62,075 nt of DNA from Thermoplasmatales archaeon (GCA_038734825.1 JAVYOD010000002.1:1-62075); one strand, 5' to 3'; positions 1 to 14,119 are shown, counted from the stretch's first letter. Notes: generated from the letters alone by a model not told the origin. Numbers and translations: made by a program.

Positions 1-1
1 C

Positions 2-331
2 AGTGAAGGAGAATTTATGCTGCCGGATGGAAGATCATTCAAAGTAACTAACACTGAGGAGACAAAACTTTATCTCGTTGCACATGGGAAAATGGAGGAG
101 GTAAATCCTGAATTCAAGTACAGTAGCCTTAGCTCTCAGGACCTCGAAAAAATAATAGAGAATATCATAGAGAAGAACAGCAAGCTAATAGAAGAGCGCG
201 GAGAGGGGGCCTTTAAGATGCTGATGGGTAAACTCATGAACGAGGTACGGGGAGAATTTTCGGGGAAAGAAGTATCCCAACTCCTTCAGCTAAAGCTCAG
301 GGACTTCCTAAATAAGGGAAAGAACAATTGA
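2..331 (+). CDS. C-terminal fragment of a Glu-tRNA(Gln)-type amidotransferase subunit (GatE/GatB helical tail domain); 5' part is outside the window
   Basis: The frame is open from the window edge. The tail ...GEGAFKMLMGKLMNEVRGEFSGKEVSQLL... resembles the GatB/YqeY-like C-terminal domain. GatE and GatB cannot be told apart on this fragment. Confidence 0.5.
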   Translation, partial: SEGEFMLPDGRSFKVTNTEETKLYLVAHGKMEEVNPEFKYSSLSSQDLEKIIENIIEKNSKLIEERGEGAFKMLMGKLMNEVRGEFSGKEVSQLLQLKLRDFLNKGKNN

Positions 332-394
332 ATGGTTTGATAATTTTTTAACTGGTAGTCGAACAGTATATTAGATGGAAATTGTTCGCAATGT

Positions 395-1714
395 GTGATT
401 GATGTAAACATTCTCAGGAAGAATCCGGAAGTGCTATATGAAAGTCAGAAAAAAAGATTCCAGGACACGAAGATAATAGATGAAGCAGTGGCACTTGATT
501 CTGAGTGGAGAAACCTCCTTAAGAAGACAAACGATCTTAAAGCAAAAAAGAACAGCCTTGTGAGAAAGATCAGTGAAATAATAAGAAAGGGAGAGGACGT
601 AGAGCCAATTAAGGAAGAAGCAGAGAGAATTGATGCTGAGATAAAAGATCTTGAAAAGAAGCTAAAGGATGTTGAAGAAAATAGGGATAGGACATTGAGG
701 ATGATCCCTAACATAGTAGATGCTGAAGCACCAGTCGCAGAGGATGAGAGTGGTAATGTTCCAGTTTATTTCTCTGGAAAGGCAAAGGTTTTCTCCGGAG
801 ATCTTGATAATTTCAGAAAGCAGTCTCTTGGAAAGATGGAATTCTACGTTATTGATAGAAGACCTCAGAGCCACGTTGATCTCCTTCAGAACAGAAATCT
901 GATTAACCTCGAAACAGCAGCAATGGTAGCCGGTTCCAGATTTTACTACCTGCTCGGTGACTTGGTTCTGCTCGAGAATGCATTAGAGCTCTTCGCCCTG
1001 AAATTCTTAGTAGAGAGAGGTTTCACACCCCTAGAACCTCCATTTATGCTAAACAGAGACGCGATGAGCGGTGCTACGGACTTCACAGCGTTCGAGGACA
1101 CTCTTTACAAAATCGATGGCGATGACCTCTACCTTATATCCACTGCAGAGCATCCAATAGCCGCATTCCTAAAGGACAGGATTGTGGATGAGGATGATCT
1201 ACCGATGCTGTTTGCTGGGATATCCCCATGTTTCAGAAGGGAGGCAGGTGCCCACGGAAAAGATACGAAGGGTATATTCAGAGTACACCAGTTCAACAAG
1301 ATAGAGCAGTTTGCCTTTGTGAAACCGGAAGACTCTAAGAGTTACCACAGAAAACTTTTGGAGAATGCAATGGAATTCTACAATCTCCTTGAAATCCCAT
1401 ACAGGGTTGTTGATATCGCGACGGGTGACCTTGGCAATCTTGCCAGCAGGAAGTTTGACATTGAAGCATGGTATCCAGCTCAAGGCCTCTTCAGGGAGGT
1501 AGTGAGTGCTTCAAACGATCTCGATTATCAAGCACGGAGGCTCATGATAAGAATGAGGACAAAGGAAGGAAATACCTATCTTCACACGATTAATTCCACC
1601 CTTACAGCAACTACCAGAACCCTTGTAGCTATAGTTGAGAACTACCAGACAGATGAAGGAAAGATTGTTGTGCCAAAAGTTCTGAGAGAATTTATTGGTA
1701 AAGAGGTACTGTGA
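395..1714 (+). CDS. serS: Seryl-tRNA synthetase
   Basis: GTG start. N-terminal coiled-coil arm (MIDVNILRKNPE..., K/E-rich) followed by a class II core (FRREAG..., GDLG...KFDIEAW, NSTL.A..R). TATA-like cagtatattag lies about 27 nt upstream. Confidence 0.93.
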   Translation: MIDVNILRKNPEVLYESQKKRFQDTKIIDEAVALDSEWRNLLKKTNDLKAKKNSLVRKISEIIRKGEDVEPIKEEAERIDAEIKDLEKKLKDVEENRDRTLRMIPNIVDAEAPVAEDESGNVPVYFSGKAKVFSGDLDNFRKQSLGKMEFYVIDRRPQSHVDLLQNRNLINLETAAMVAGSRFYYLLGDLVLLENALELFALKFLVERGFTPLEPPFMLNRDAMSGATDFTAFEDTLYKIDGDDLYLISTAEHPIAAFLKDRIVDEDDLPMLFAGISPCFRREAGAHGKDTKGIFRVHQFNKIEQFAFVKPEDSKSYHRKLLENAMEFYNLLEIPYRVVDIATGDLGNLASRKFDIEAWYPAQGLFREVVSASNDLDYQARRLMIRMRTKEGNTYLHTINSTLTATTRTLVAIVENYQTDEGKIVVPKVLREFIGKEVL

Positions 1715-1717
1715 AAA

Positions 1718-3751
1718 TTGAGCAGCGATATACCTGATCTTGAAGAATTCGAATCCTATCTTAAGCAGGAGAAAATAACAAAACTGTACGAATTCCAAAA
1801 GAAAGCTATTGCAATTATTAGCAAGGGGAGGTCTGTTCTTGTTGCAACCCCTACTTCCTCAGGTAAGACAGTTGTTGCGTACTACGGAATTTTAAGGGCC
1901 TGGAAGATGGGGCTCAGATCTCTCTACATAGTACCCCTAAGAGCTCTTGCAGAGGAAAAATTTGAGGAAATGAAATCTCTCTCAGACGGAAAAATCAAGA
2001 TAGCTATAAGCACTGGGGATTACGATAGGCCATCGGACTATTTGAAAGGATATGATGTAATAGTAGCAACGTCCGAGAAAGTAGATTCAATTCTCCGTAA
2101 TAACCCGTCGGCCCTAGACCGTCTTGGCTTTATAGTTTTTGATGAGATACACAATATTCAGGATGAAACGAGGGGGAGTACGCTTGAAATTGTTGTATCA
2201 AAGATCAGGGAAGCTATTGAGGGTGCACAGTTTGTAGCTATGTCTGCAACAGTTAGGAACTCAGGGGAAATAGCTAGCTGGCTGGGGGCGGATGAGATTA
2301 AAAGTGATTTCAGGCCGGTACCGTTGCAAAAATTTATCCTTACTTCCGATGCCGTTTACGATGAGGCAGGGGAGATTATCGAGGAAGTATATTCTTTTGA
2401 CGAATTTGTGAGGAAGACACTTTCAAACTCGGGTCAGACACTCATTTTTGTAAGATCAAGAAGGGAAGCTGAGAGCACAGCAGAGAGACTTTCAAAAGTG
2501 ACACAAACAATGCTTGGTGAACAAGAAAAGAAAGAACTTGATGCTCTATCTATAGAATCTGATGCATTAGGAACAGAGAAGCTAATTCCTCTGTTAAAAA
2601 AAGGTGCGGCATTTCATCACGCCGGGATGCTTTCTGAACATCGTAGATTGGTGGAAAGGCTGTTCAGAGAGAGGAAGATCAAGGTGGTTGTCGCAACTAC
2701 TACTCTCGCAGCGGGTCTGAATCTTCCTGCAAGAAGCGTCATAATAAAAGATACCTTTAGGTACAATGGCTACGCCTCAACACCGATATCAAATCTAGAA
2801 GTGCAGCAGATGCTAGGTAGAGCTGGCAGAATAAAGTATGACTCCGTGGGTTACGGATATATATATTCAACTAAAACAAGGGTCATGGATACCTATGCTA
2901 CATATATCGAAGGTGAACTTGAAAATATAGTTTCAAGACTCGATGAGAGGAAGACGAGGATGCATGTCCTGGGGCTAATATCTTCCGGAATGTGCAGGAG
3001 CAGGGAATCGCTAAACCATTTCTTCCAAGGTACGCTTGCCCACTTTCAAGGGATTAGCCTGGATTCCTGGATTGATCAAAGCATATCATTCCTAAAGGAA
3101 AATGCGATGATATCTGGTGAAAGCACTTTGAAAGCCACGCCTTTCGGAAAAAAAGTTTCCGAGCTGTACATCGACCCACTTACTGGAGTTATCTTGCGAA
3201 AGGCTGTAGACCTTGAAAATATTGATGATATAATTCTTGGAATATCGTCTACTCCAGATATGCCTCCTCTCTATGTCTCAGATAAAGAAGAAGAATTATT
3301 CGCGCAGAGGGATTTACCTTTCGACGTAACTCCTGAAAGTGCAAAAGTGGCTGCCATTCTTAGCGATTGGATAGAAGAAGTTCCGGAGGAGAAGATAATT
3401 GAAAGATACAAAATATGGCCAGCAGATCTGAGGTCAAGGGTTGAAGTTGCTGACTGGCTTTCACATTCCCTATACGAACTATCACGCGTCCTCAACAGGC
3501 CAAGGACAGAACTAAGGGTTCTTAATTACAGGATCGCAAATGGTGTACTTCCGGATATAGTCTCTTTAACCTTTTTGCCTGGTGTTGGCAGGGTAAGGGC
3601 AAGGAGATTGAAGCTGAATGGATTCGATCTCGAGAGGATCGCAAACGCGAACCCGGCCGAAATTGAGAGGATCCAGGGGTTTGGTTCCAAATTGGCAGAG
3701 AGCATCATAAAATCAGCAAAATCACTTGTTGAAAAAGGCGTCACGGTAGGA

Positions 3752-3757
<6 letters not shown>
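1718..3757 (+). CDS. hel308: Ski2-like / Hel308-type DNA helicase
   Basis: Helicase motifs ATPTSSGKT (I), DEIH (II), SAT (III) and QMLGRAGR (VI). C-terminal helix-hairpin-helix GVGRVRARRL. TTG start 3 nt after the serS stop. Confidence 0.85.
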
Positions 3758-7420
<3,663 letters not shown>

Positions 7421-7545
7421 AACAAGCTTAGTTATTCTGAGTTAAAAAATTTTGTCAAAATAATCTTTTAAATTTGTTGCTCAACTCTGCTGTAGCTGTA
7501 TGTTTGACAACTAGAAAAGAATTTATAAGATATGTACATTAAAAG

Positions 7546-7791
7546 GTGGTGGTCGATCTGGCAATTGGATTCGTACTAATTAGCACAGTGCCCGGTAAGG
7601 AGCACCAGGTTTACAATGAAATTCTGAAGATTAAGGAGGTCGTTGAGCTTCATCCACTTTTTGGAGAGTATGACCTTATAGCCAAGCTGGAAACAAAGGA
7701 TTTTACAGAACTTGGCCAAATAGTAATGGAAAAGATAAGGATGATTGACGGTATCCTTGATACGAAGACCCTGACAGGTATAAAGATGTAG
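7546..7791 (+). CDS. Stand-alone Lrp/AsnC-type ligand-binding (RAM) domain protein, no HTH
   Basis: 81 aa. The pattern ...GKEHQVYNEILKIKEVVELHPLFGEYDLIAKLE...TKTL is typical of AsnC-type effector domains. GTG start preceded by aaaaGGTGGTG (SD-like). Confidence 0.65.
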   Translation: MVVDLAIGFVLISTVPGKEHQVYNEILKIKEVVELHPLFGEYDLIAKLETKDFTELGQIVMEKIRMIDGILDTKTLTGIKM

Positions 7792-7799
7792 GTGATGGA

Positions 7800-8087
7800 A
7801 TGAGCTTCGGGGATGTTTTTGTTGCCATGCTCTTACTGATACTGGGTCTTTCGCTTATAATACTTGGAATCTTCGCTGCATACTTTGGCTCTGGAAAGGT
7901 AAGAGCTTTTGGTTCCGTGCTCGGCGTTCTTGGGGTCGTAATCTGGGTAATAACATATTTTGCTAGAATAGGTCTACATGTCAGTCTTACTCAGGTTATC
8001 TACAATGGAGTTTTGTACCTTGTTTCGGCCATAGTTGGGGCAGTCATAGCACTACTTATATTCCTCGCTGTACTTCTGAAAACTTGA
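7800..8087 (+). CDS. Small integral membrane protein (3 predicted TM helices), unknown function
   Basis: Three hydrophobic stretches. It is tightly packed between the RAM-domain gene and guaA-B. Confidence 0.5.
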   Translation: MSFGDVFVAMLLLILGLSLIILGIFAAYFGSGKVRAFGSVLGVLGVVIWVITYFARIGLHVSLTQVIYNGVLYLVSAIVGAVIALLIFLAVLLKT

Positions 8088-8093
8088 TCTGAA

Positions 8094-9020
8094 TTGTTTT
8101 CTTCTTCCAAATTTTATTCTGAAGCAGTTGAAAGGGTGCGCAATGAGGTTAGAGGAAGGGCTATAGCAGCTATCTCAGGTGGCATAGACAGTACCGTAGC
8201 TACGAAGATAGCTTCAGACGCTCTCGGTGATGCACTTCTTGCGATATACGTGGATACCGGGCTCATGCGTGAAGGGGAAGAGGATGAAGTAGCTAACACA
8301 TTGGAAATGCTACATATAAATTATAAGATCCTACACAGGTCATCCCTTTTCTTAGATAACCTTTCGGGAGTAACAGATCCTGAGGAAAAGAGAAAGATAA
8401 TTGGTAACACATTCATCAAAGTTTTTGAGGAGGAGGCTGACAAATTTGGTGCTAAATACCTTGTCCAGGGGACGATTGCTCCTGATTGGATCGAATCTGG
8501 AGGTGGAATAAGAGATAGAATAAAGAGTCATCACAATGTGGCCGGCCTCCCAGAGCATCTCAACATTTCAATTGTGGAGCCACTGCGGGATCTATACAAG
8601 GACGAGGTAAGAAAGATAGCTACATATCTAGGTATTCCCCCCCAAAGACAGCCATTTCCTGGTCCTGGTCTAGCAGTCAGAATTATGGGAGAAGTGACTA
8701 AAGAGAGGGTGGAACTTCTCAGAAAGGCAACTGCCATACTCGAACGAGAAATATCGGCAATGGAAGACAAGCCCTGGCAATACTTTGCCGTTCTTCTTTC
8801 CGACAGGAGTACCGGTATACACGGTGATAGGAGAGTGTACGGTAACACAATTGCCATACGGTGTGTCAATTCCACAGACGGTATGACTGCAAATTTTACC
8901 CCTATGCCATATGAACTTCTATCTAGGATATCTTCTGAAATAACGAATAGCATACCGGAGATTACACGCGTGGTTTACGACATAACAAATAAACCACCCG
9001 CAACAATAGAATGGGAATAG
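8094..9020 (+). CDS. guaA: GMP synthase subunit B (ATP pyrophosphatase domain)
   Basis: PP-loop AISGGIDSTVA and the C-terminal dimerisation domain ending ...NKPPATIEWE. Its roughly 305 aa length fits the split archaeal enzyme. Confidence 0.9.
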   Translation: MFSSSKFYSEAVERVRNEVRGRAIAAISGGIDSTVATKIASDALGDALLAIYVDTGLMREGEEDEVANTLEMLHINYKILHRSSLFLDNLSGVTDPEEKRKIIGNTFIKVFEEEADKFGAKYLVQGTIAPDWIESGGGIRDRIKSHHNVAGLPEHLNISIVEPLRDLYKDEVRKIATYLGIPPQRQPFPGPGLAVRIMGEVTKERVELLRKATAILEREISAMEDKPWQYFAVLLSDRSTGIHGDRRVYGNTIAIRCVNSTDGMTANFTPMPYELLSRISSEITNSIPEITRVVYDITNKPPATIEWE

Positions 9021-10813
9021 GGATCCTTATGGAAAAATCTGAAATTTCGTTCATACCAGATACATCCGTGATCGTTGATGGCAGATTTACTGAATTCTTG
9101 AAAGGAAAGACACCCGCTACAGTCGTACTGTCAGAGTCTGTAATATCTGAAATAGAGCATCAGGCAAATGATGGAAGAAGCGTCGGATTTGCTGGGCTTG
9201 AAGAAATGAAAAAACTTAGAAAAATGTGCGACGATGGACTTATAAATCTTCAATTTCATGGTAAAAGACCGAGTGAGTGGCATATAAAAAGAGCAAAAAG
9301 CGGCGAGATCGATGATCTTGTGAGACAAGCTGCAGTAGAGACTGGATCAGTACTCGTTACTGGGGACTTCGTTCAAAAATCTATTGCAGAGATAAAGGGA
9401 ATAAAGGCAATATATCTAGAGCCAATACAAGAATTCTCGAGAAGGATCGAGACTTTCTTTTCTGAAAATACGATGTCCGTGCATCTCAAGGAGGACACAA
9501 AACCGAGGTTCAAGGTAGGAAAGCCAGGTAGTTGGGAACTCAAATATGGTGCTTCTGTGATTTCAAGGGAGGAGATGTCAGTCATTGCAAATGATATCAT
9601 TGAAAGAGCCAGGAATGACCCAAAGAGCCTGATTGAACTTGACACTAAAGGGGCAACTGTTGTCCAGCTTGGAAATATTAGGATCGTGATAACAAGACCA
9701 CCGGTTAGCGATGGAATTGAGGTAACTGCTATTAGGCCAATAAAAAAGTTAAACCTAAGCGACTATAAAATTGATGAACGCCTGATGAAAAGATTCAGAG
9801 AGAGGGCTGAAGGGGTACTCGTATCTGGACGCCCTGGAGCTGGGAAAAGCACATTTGTTCAGGCTCTGGCAGAGTTCTACAACTCCTTAGGTAAGGTCGT
9901 TAAAACTATTGAGAAACCTAGGGATCTTCAGGTTTCTCCCGAAATTACCCAGTTGACTCCGCTTGACGGCTCAATTGAAAAGACAGGGGACATACTCTTG
10001 TTAGAGAGACCGGATTATACTGTTTTTGATGAAATAAGGGTTTCAGCAGACTTTGCTATATATGCGGATCTCAGACTAGCAGGTGTTGGAATGCTCGGAG
10101 TAATACACGCCTCAAGGGCTATAGACGCTCTGCAGAGATTCGTGGGGAAGATCGAACTCGGTCTTATACCTCAGATAATAGATACCGTAATTTTCATAGA
10201 AAACGGAGACATAAGGGAGGTTCTAGATCTTTCCTATTCAGTGAAGATTCCAAGCGGAATGAGCGAACAAGACCTAGCTAGACCTGTAATAGAGGTAAGG
10301 GATTTCTTCACGGGTAAATTGCTTTATGAAATATACTCTTTCGGAGAACAGGTAGTTGTGGTCCCTGCTTCAGGTAGCTCTTTAAAGGAAATTAAAAATT
10401 CAGCCTCTGCAGTTGATAACGAGCTTGGGGGCATACCACATAGGGTCGATATGTCACAGCCTGGTCGCCTGAAAATATACGTCCCGGACGAATACGTTGG
10501 AGAGGTTATTGGGAAAGGTGGTGCGAGGGTAAGATCACTTGAACGAGCGGTCGGTATGCCCATAGACGTGGAGGGAACTAAGAACGAGACAGGTACCCCG
10601 AAGACAGTAGAAGTTACAAATACCAAGATAAATCTGTACATAGGCGAGGGTATGAGGGACAAAGAGGTCGAGATACTTGTCGAAGACTCCCCACTATTCG
10701 CTGCTCGCGTGTCAAAAAACGGAGTGATTCAAGTAAAGGCAAATTCAGTCCACGGTAGGGCCTTGAGGAAAGCCATAACCCAGGGACAGAAGATAACATT
10801 TAACGTTATTTGA
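9011..10813 (+). CDS. PIN domain + P-loop ATPase (PilT-like) + KH domain protein
   Basis: N-terminal PIN-like region (FIPDTSVIVDG ... LVTGDF), Walker A GRPGAGKST, and a C-terminal KH GxxG loop (VIGKGGARVRSLE). The alternative start ATG 9029 would remove the overlap with guaA. Confidence 0.75.
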   Translation: MGIGILMEKSEISFIPDTSVIVDGRFTEFLKGKTPATVVLSESVISEIEHQANDGRSVGFAGLEEMKKLRKMCDDGLINLQFHGKRPSEWHIKRAKSGEIDDLVRQAAVETGSVLVTGDFVQKSIAEIKGIKAIYLEPIQEFSRRIETFFSENTMSVHLKEDTKPRFKVGKPGSWELKYGASVISREEMSVIANDIIERARNDPKSLIELDTKGATVVQLGNIRIVITRPPVSDGIEVTAIRPIKKLNLSDYKIDERLMKRFRERAEGVLVSGRPGAGKSTFVQALAEFYNSLGKVVKTIEKPRDLQVSPEITQLTPLDGSIEKTGDILLLERPDYTVFDEIRVSADFAIYADLRLAGVGMLGVIHASRAIDALQRFVGKIELGLIPQIIDTVIFIENGDIREVLDLSYSVKIPSGMSEQDLARPVIEVRDFFTGKLLYEIYSFGEQVVVVPASGSSLKEIKNSASAVDNELGGIPHRVDMSQPGRLKIYVPDEYVGEVIGKGGARVRSLERAVGMPIDVEGTKNETGTPKTVEVTNTKINLYIGEGMRDKEVEILVEDSPLFAARVSKNGVIQVKANSVHGRALRKAITQGQKITFNVI

Positions 10814-10858
10814 TAATTGTACCACATATTTTTATAAGCTCCTAGTGATTAGAATATA

Positions 10859-11665
10859 TTGAATGTAAAAAGTTTCGCTATAATCTTTCTCTTATTCCTA
10901 ATATTGATTGCTTATCAGTTACCAGCAACTCCAGCCAGCACTAAAGAAGGTGGTGACTTTCCCGCTATAAGTGTGGATGAGATAGCGTTCGGAGCAACTC
11001 AGTTCAGCAGTTCAGAGGTCTTCGTAACACATTTCAATGAACTCTCAATAATAGAAAGCAATGGGTCAACGGAGATAAGCTCGTGGTCTAATCAAAGCAC
11101 AGTAATCGGTGACTACGTCAATGCATACCTATCATTCATCATTCCTTCACATAATCTGATTATCCCTGCAGGCCAGGGGGGTAATAATATTGTATTTTAT
11201 TCTGAGAGATTATTGATATTACATCTCAATATATCAGGACATACCTCCTTCAGGCACCTAAGTCTTGTTGAATTTATTCCTGCTCACCTGGAAATCTATA
11301 ACACAACATCAAAATTCTACAATTTTTCCTTATCATATGACAACACGACAGTCTCACTTTTAATACCACGGGAAATTGAGACAAAAGGCTATGCTTTTAT
11401 GATTGAAACTAACGCTACTGAGGAGGGTGGAAACAGCACAATCTCTGTCTCACTCACCCTTCCATCTGATAACTTTTCACTTTCATTTAACCAATATCTT
11501 TACTATGCATTTCCAATAAGGCAGGATGTTCTAAAATATTATTCTCCCCTGGCGCAGGGAACTAATGAAGCTACCCCATATTTATACCTTAACTCTGCCT
11601 TGATAGGATGCGCACTATTCTCTGTTGTTATTGTATTCCTTTACATTTATTACAGGAAGAAGTGA
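10859..11665 (+). CDS. Secreted, C-terminally membrane-anchored protein rich in N-glycosylation sequons; unknown function
   Basis: N-terminal signal-like segment FAIIFLLFLILIAYQLPA, C-terminal TM ALIGCALFSVVIVFLYIYYRKK, and many NxS/T sites (NGS, NQS, NIS, NTT, NFS, NAT, NST...). TTG start. Confidence 0.55.
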   Translation: MNVKSFAIIFLLFLILIAYQLPATPASTKEGGDFPAISVDEIAFGATQFSSSEVFVTHFNELSIIESNGSTEISSWSNQSTVIGDYVNAYLSFIIPSHNLIIPAGQGGNNIVFYSERLLILHLNISGHTSFRHLSLVEFIPAHLEIYNTTSKFYNFSLSYDNTTVSLLIPREIETKGYAFMIETNATEEGGNSTISVSLTLPSDNFSLSFNQYLYYAFPIRQDVLKYYSPLAQGTNEATPYLYLNSALIGCALFSVVIVFLYIYYRKK

Positions 11666-12172
11666 TCATCTAGACCATAACTCTATGAAATCTCTAATTA
11701 GTTTTTCTGTGAAAGATTCTTTATAGCTAAGTATCAAACCCTTGAATAATTCAGGATTTTTTATTCTGTAACCCACATTTTTTTCTGTTGTTACCCTTTC
11801 TATGATGTTATCATGAAGAAGAATTGAAAGGTGGTAGCTCAAGGTTGACGAGCTAGTGGCAACGTATTTCTTGAGCTCAGATGGGCTCTTTATCCCCCCG
11901 TCAAGAAGGGACTGCAGTATCTTGTTCCTTACTCTGTTCCTGAGGTGGCCGAGTATTACAATTTGTTCCTCTTTGAAACCTCTGGCCGGAAAAAAACAAA
12001 TAGTTCCGCCTATCTCCCTTTTTATAATTTCTCCATCCTTTAGCAGATTGTAGATATGGTACTGCAGAACACCCGTTGAAAGCTTAAGCTCCCTCTGAAG
12101 CCCTCTGAAATGGTAGCCTGGGTTGGCGGTGATAAATTTCAGGATCTGCTCCCTTCTTCCAGGAAGATCCAA
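11666..12172 (-). CDS. Transcriptional regulator with two tandem winged-helix (ArsR-like) domains
   Basis: Two repeats of an HTH pattern: ...YHFRGLQRELKLSTGVLQYHIYNLLKDGEI... and ...SPSELKKYVATSSSTLSYHLSILLHDNII.... Confidence 0.7.
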   Translation of the reverse strand: MDLPGRREQILKFITANPGYHFRGLQRELKLSTGVLQYHIYNLLKDGEIIKREIGGTICFFPARGFKEEQIVILGHLRNRVRNKILQSLLDGGIKSPSELKKYVATSSSTLSYHLSILLHDNIIERVTTEKNVGYRIKNPELFKGLILSYKESFTEKLIRDFIELWSR

Positions 12173-12176
12173 AGAA

Positions 12177-12431
12177 TCACCTTGTGATCATAAGAATCAC
12201 AAGAAGGAGCAACATAAAAAGGTTTGAGAGCGAGAACAGAAGAAAGCCTATCCTTTGGCCCTGGAATTCGAAGTAAAGAAATATACCATATTCAAGAGTG
12301 ATAATCAGAAAAAACAGGGATATCAGAACATTTTTAACCGTGTATCTCCTGGTAATTACGATTAGAGATAGTATTAGAAAAAAGACAGCCAGTAAGAAGA
12401 CAGCGAACGAAATAGAAATCGTGATTGACAC
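12177..12431 (-). CDS. Small membrane protein (3 TM helices), unknown function
   Basis: 84 aa and almost entirely hydrophobic. It lies 4 nt upstream of the double-wHTH gene on the same strand. Confidence 0.45.
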   Translation of the reverse strand: MSITISISFAVFLLAVFFLILSLIVITRRYTVKNVLISLFFLIITLEYGIFLYFEFQGQRIGFLLFSLSNLFMLLLLVILMITR

Positions 12432-12458
12432 AGATCTATAAACGCCATTTGCTTATAA

Positions 12459-14003
12459 TCATTGCCACTTCTTTACCATGTACGGCCCATTTAATTCATA
12501 GCCGTTTTTCCTAAAATATTCTCTAACTCCAATTCCAGAGATTACAGCTATACCATCAAAACCGTCTGAAGCAGAAAGCTCTTCTGCTTCGATTAAAAGG
12601 CGTCTTCCGAAACCCCTATGTTGGTAGTCACCCGGCATATCTATTTTAGCTTCTTTCCCAAATGTTTTTATCTCCCTTACTACGGCCATTCCAATGAGTT
12701 CGTGCCTTATTACATTCTCGCCAGGGTACCTCAACCTTAGAAATGCTATTATCCTATTCTTCTCATCTACAAATTCCAGGAATTTTTCCATACCCCCGGA
12801 CGCGTAATACGAAGTTATTTTCAGTTCAATTTTTCCCTCTGGAGGCCCATTATGCCCTATTTCTCTGTATCTGATCTCATTTATCTCATACCCTTTTTCA
12901 AGAGCCCTTTTCAGAGCTAAATTGTGAATGTCACTCCTCTTGACGCCCTGAACAATTTTGTAAACTGGAATATCCCTTTGAATTCTGTGCACCCTTACAT
13001 AATTAGGTATGTATCTGAAGAAATCAGATAGTAATTCTACAGCTTCTTCAGATTCGTACGACCTGTAGATTCCTTTTGAGAACATATCATAGTAGCCCGT
13101 TCCCTGAACAACGAGTGCAGGATATATTTTTAACATATCAGGCCTAAAGTGTTCATCATCGAATAACCTCCTCAAGGTCTTTATGTCACCATCGTAATCC
13201 ACTCCACCAATGCCGGGCATAAGGTGATACAATACCTTCAGCCCAGAGTCCTTTGAAAGTGAGGTTGCACGGATAATGTCTGATACACGGTGTGCTCTCC
13301 TGGTTTCTCTATGTATATCATTAAATAAAGTTTGAACGCCTATCTCCACCTTTGTTGTACCATAGCTTAAAGAAAGATCTATCTCCTTTTCGAAGAACCA
13401 ATCAGGCCTAGTCTCAACAGTTAGACCTATGCACCTGTTTTTGGCCACCTCATTTTCCATAATTGCAGTCCTGAGATCTGGAGAAACGAACCCGTTCATA
13501 GCGTCAATGCTTCCCTTAACGAAATCCACCTGGTAGTTTACGGGCCTGGCAGTGAACGTCCCTCCCATTATTATGAGATCGACCTTGTCGGTCGGATGAC
13601 CTATCCTTCTTAGCTGTTCGAGCCTGTTCCTCGTCTGAAGAAAAGGATCATAATTATTTTGCCTTCCTCTAAGCGCAGCGGGTTCAAGTCCTGTGTACGA
13701 TTGGGGGGAGGAGAATTCCACACCTCCCGGGCAGTAAGTGCACCTCCCGTGGGGACAGGACTGAGGCGAGGTCATAATAGCAACAACTGATACCCCCGAG
13801 AGTGTCCTAGTCGGTTTCCTAGCGAGTAAATCCCTATACTTCTCTCTGCTTTCTAAGTCGAGCATTAGGAGTATATCAGTATTGCTTACAACCCTTTTTA
13901 GCTTGAATTTCTTCGTAACATCTAAGCGGAGATTGTCTAATTCCTCTCTAGATTTCACACCCTGTATTTTGGCCCTGACAAAGTCCTCTATTGTACTGCT
14001 CAC
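12459..14003 (-). CDS. elp3: Elp3-type radical SAM + GNAT tRNA-modification enzyme
   Basis: Radical-SAM cluster motif CPHGRCTYCPGG and a C-terminal acetyltransferase domain (HRGFGRRLL). GTG start. Confidence 0.88.
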   Translation of the reverse strand: MSSTIEDFVRAKIQGVKSREELDNLRLDVTKKFKLKRVVSNTDILLMLDLESREKYRDLLARKPTRTLSGVSVVAIMTSPQSCPHGRCTYCPGGVEFSSPQSYTGLEPAALRGRQNNYDPFLQTRNRLEQLRRIGHPTDKVDLIIMGGTFTARPVNYQVDFVKGSIDAMNGFVSPDLRTAIMENEVAKNRCIGLTVETRPDWFFEKEIDLSLSYGTTKVEIGVQTLFNDIHRETRRAHRVSDIIRATSLSKDSGLKVLYHLMPGIGGVDYDGDIKTLRRLFDDEHFRPDMLKIYPALVVQGTGYYDMFSKGIYRSYESEEAVELLSDFFRYIPNYVRVHRIQRDIPVYKIVQGVKRSDIHNLALKRALEKGYEINEIRYREIGHNGPPEGKIELKITSYYASGGMEKFLEFVDEKNRIIAFLRLRYPGENVIRHELIGMAVVREIKTFGKEAKIDMPGDYQHRGFGRRLLIEAEELSASDGFDGIAVISGIGVREYFRKNGYELNGPYMVKKWQ

Positions 14004-14020
14004 TGAAATGAGATTAAGTC

Positions 14021-14034
14021 CTCTATTTTAATAG
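14021..14034 (-). promoter_or_regulatory. Candidate TATA box for elp3
   Basis: The minus strand reads ctattaaaatagag, centred about 25 nt upstream of the GTG start. This suggests a leaderless or very short leader. Confidence 0.4.
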
Positions 14035-14090
14035 TTACTAAATTAGCTTTTTTGTTACTTTTAAAAAGGGAATTAATAATTTCATAAAAT

Positions 14091-14100
14091 TTTTATAAAA
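14091..14100 (+). promoter_or_regulatory. Candidate TATA box for aIF1A operon
   Basis: ttttataaaa is centred about 25 nt upstream of ATG 14120. Confidence 0.45.
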
Positions 14101-14119
14101 TCTAATTATTTAGAATGAA

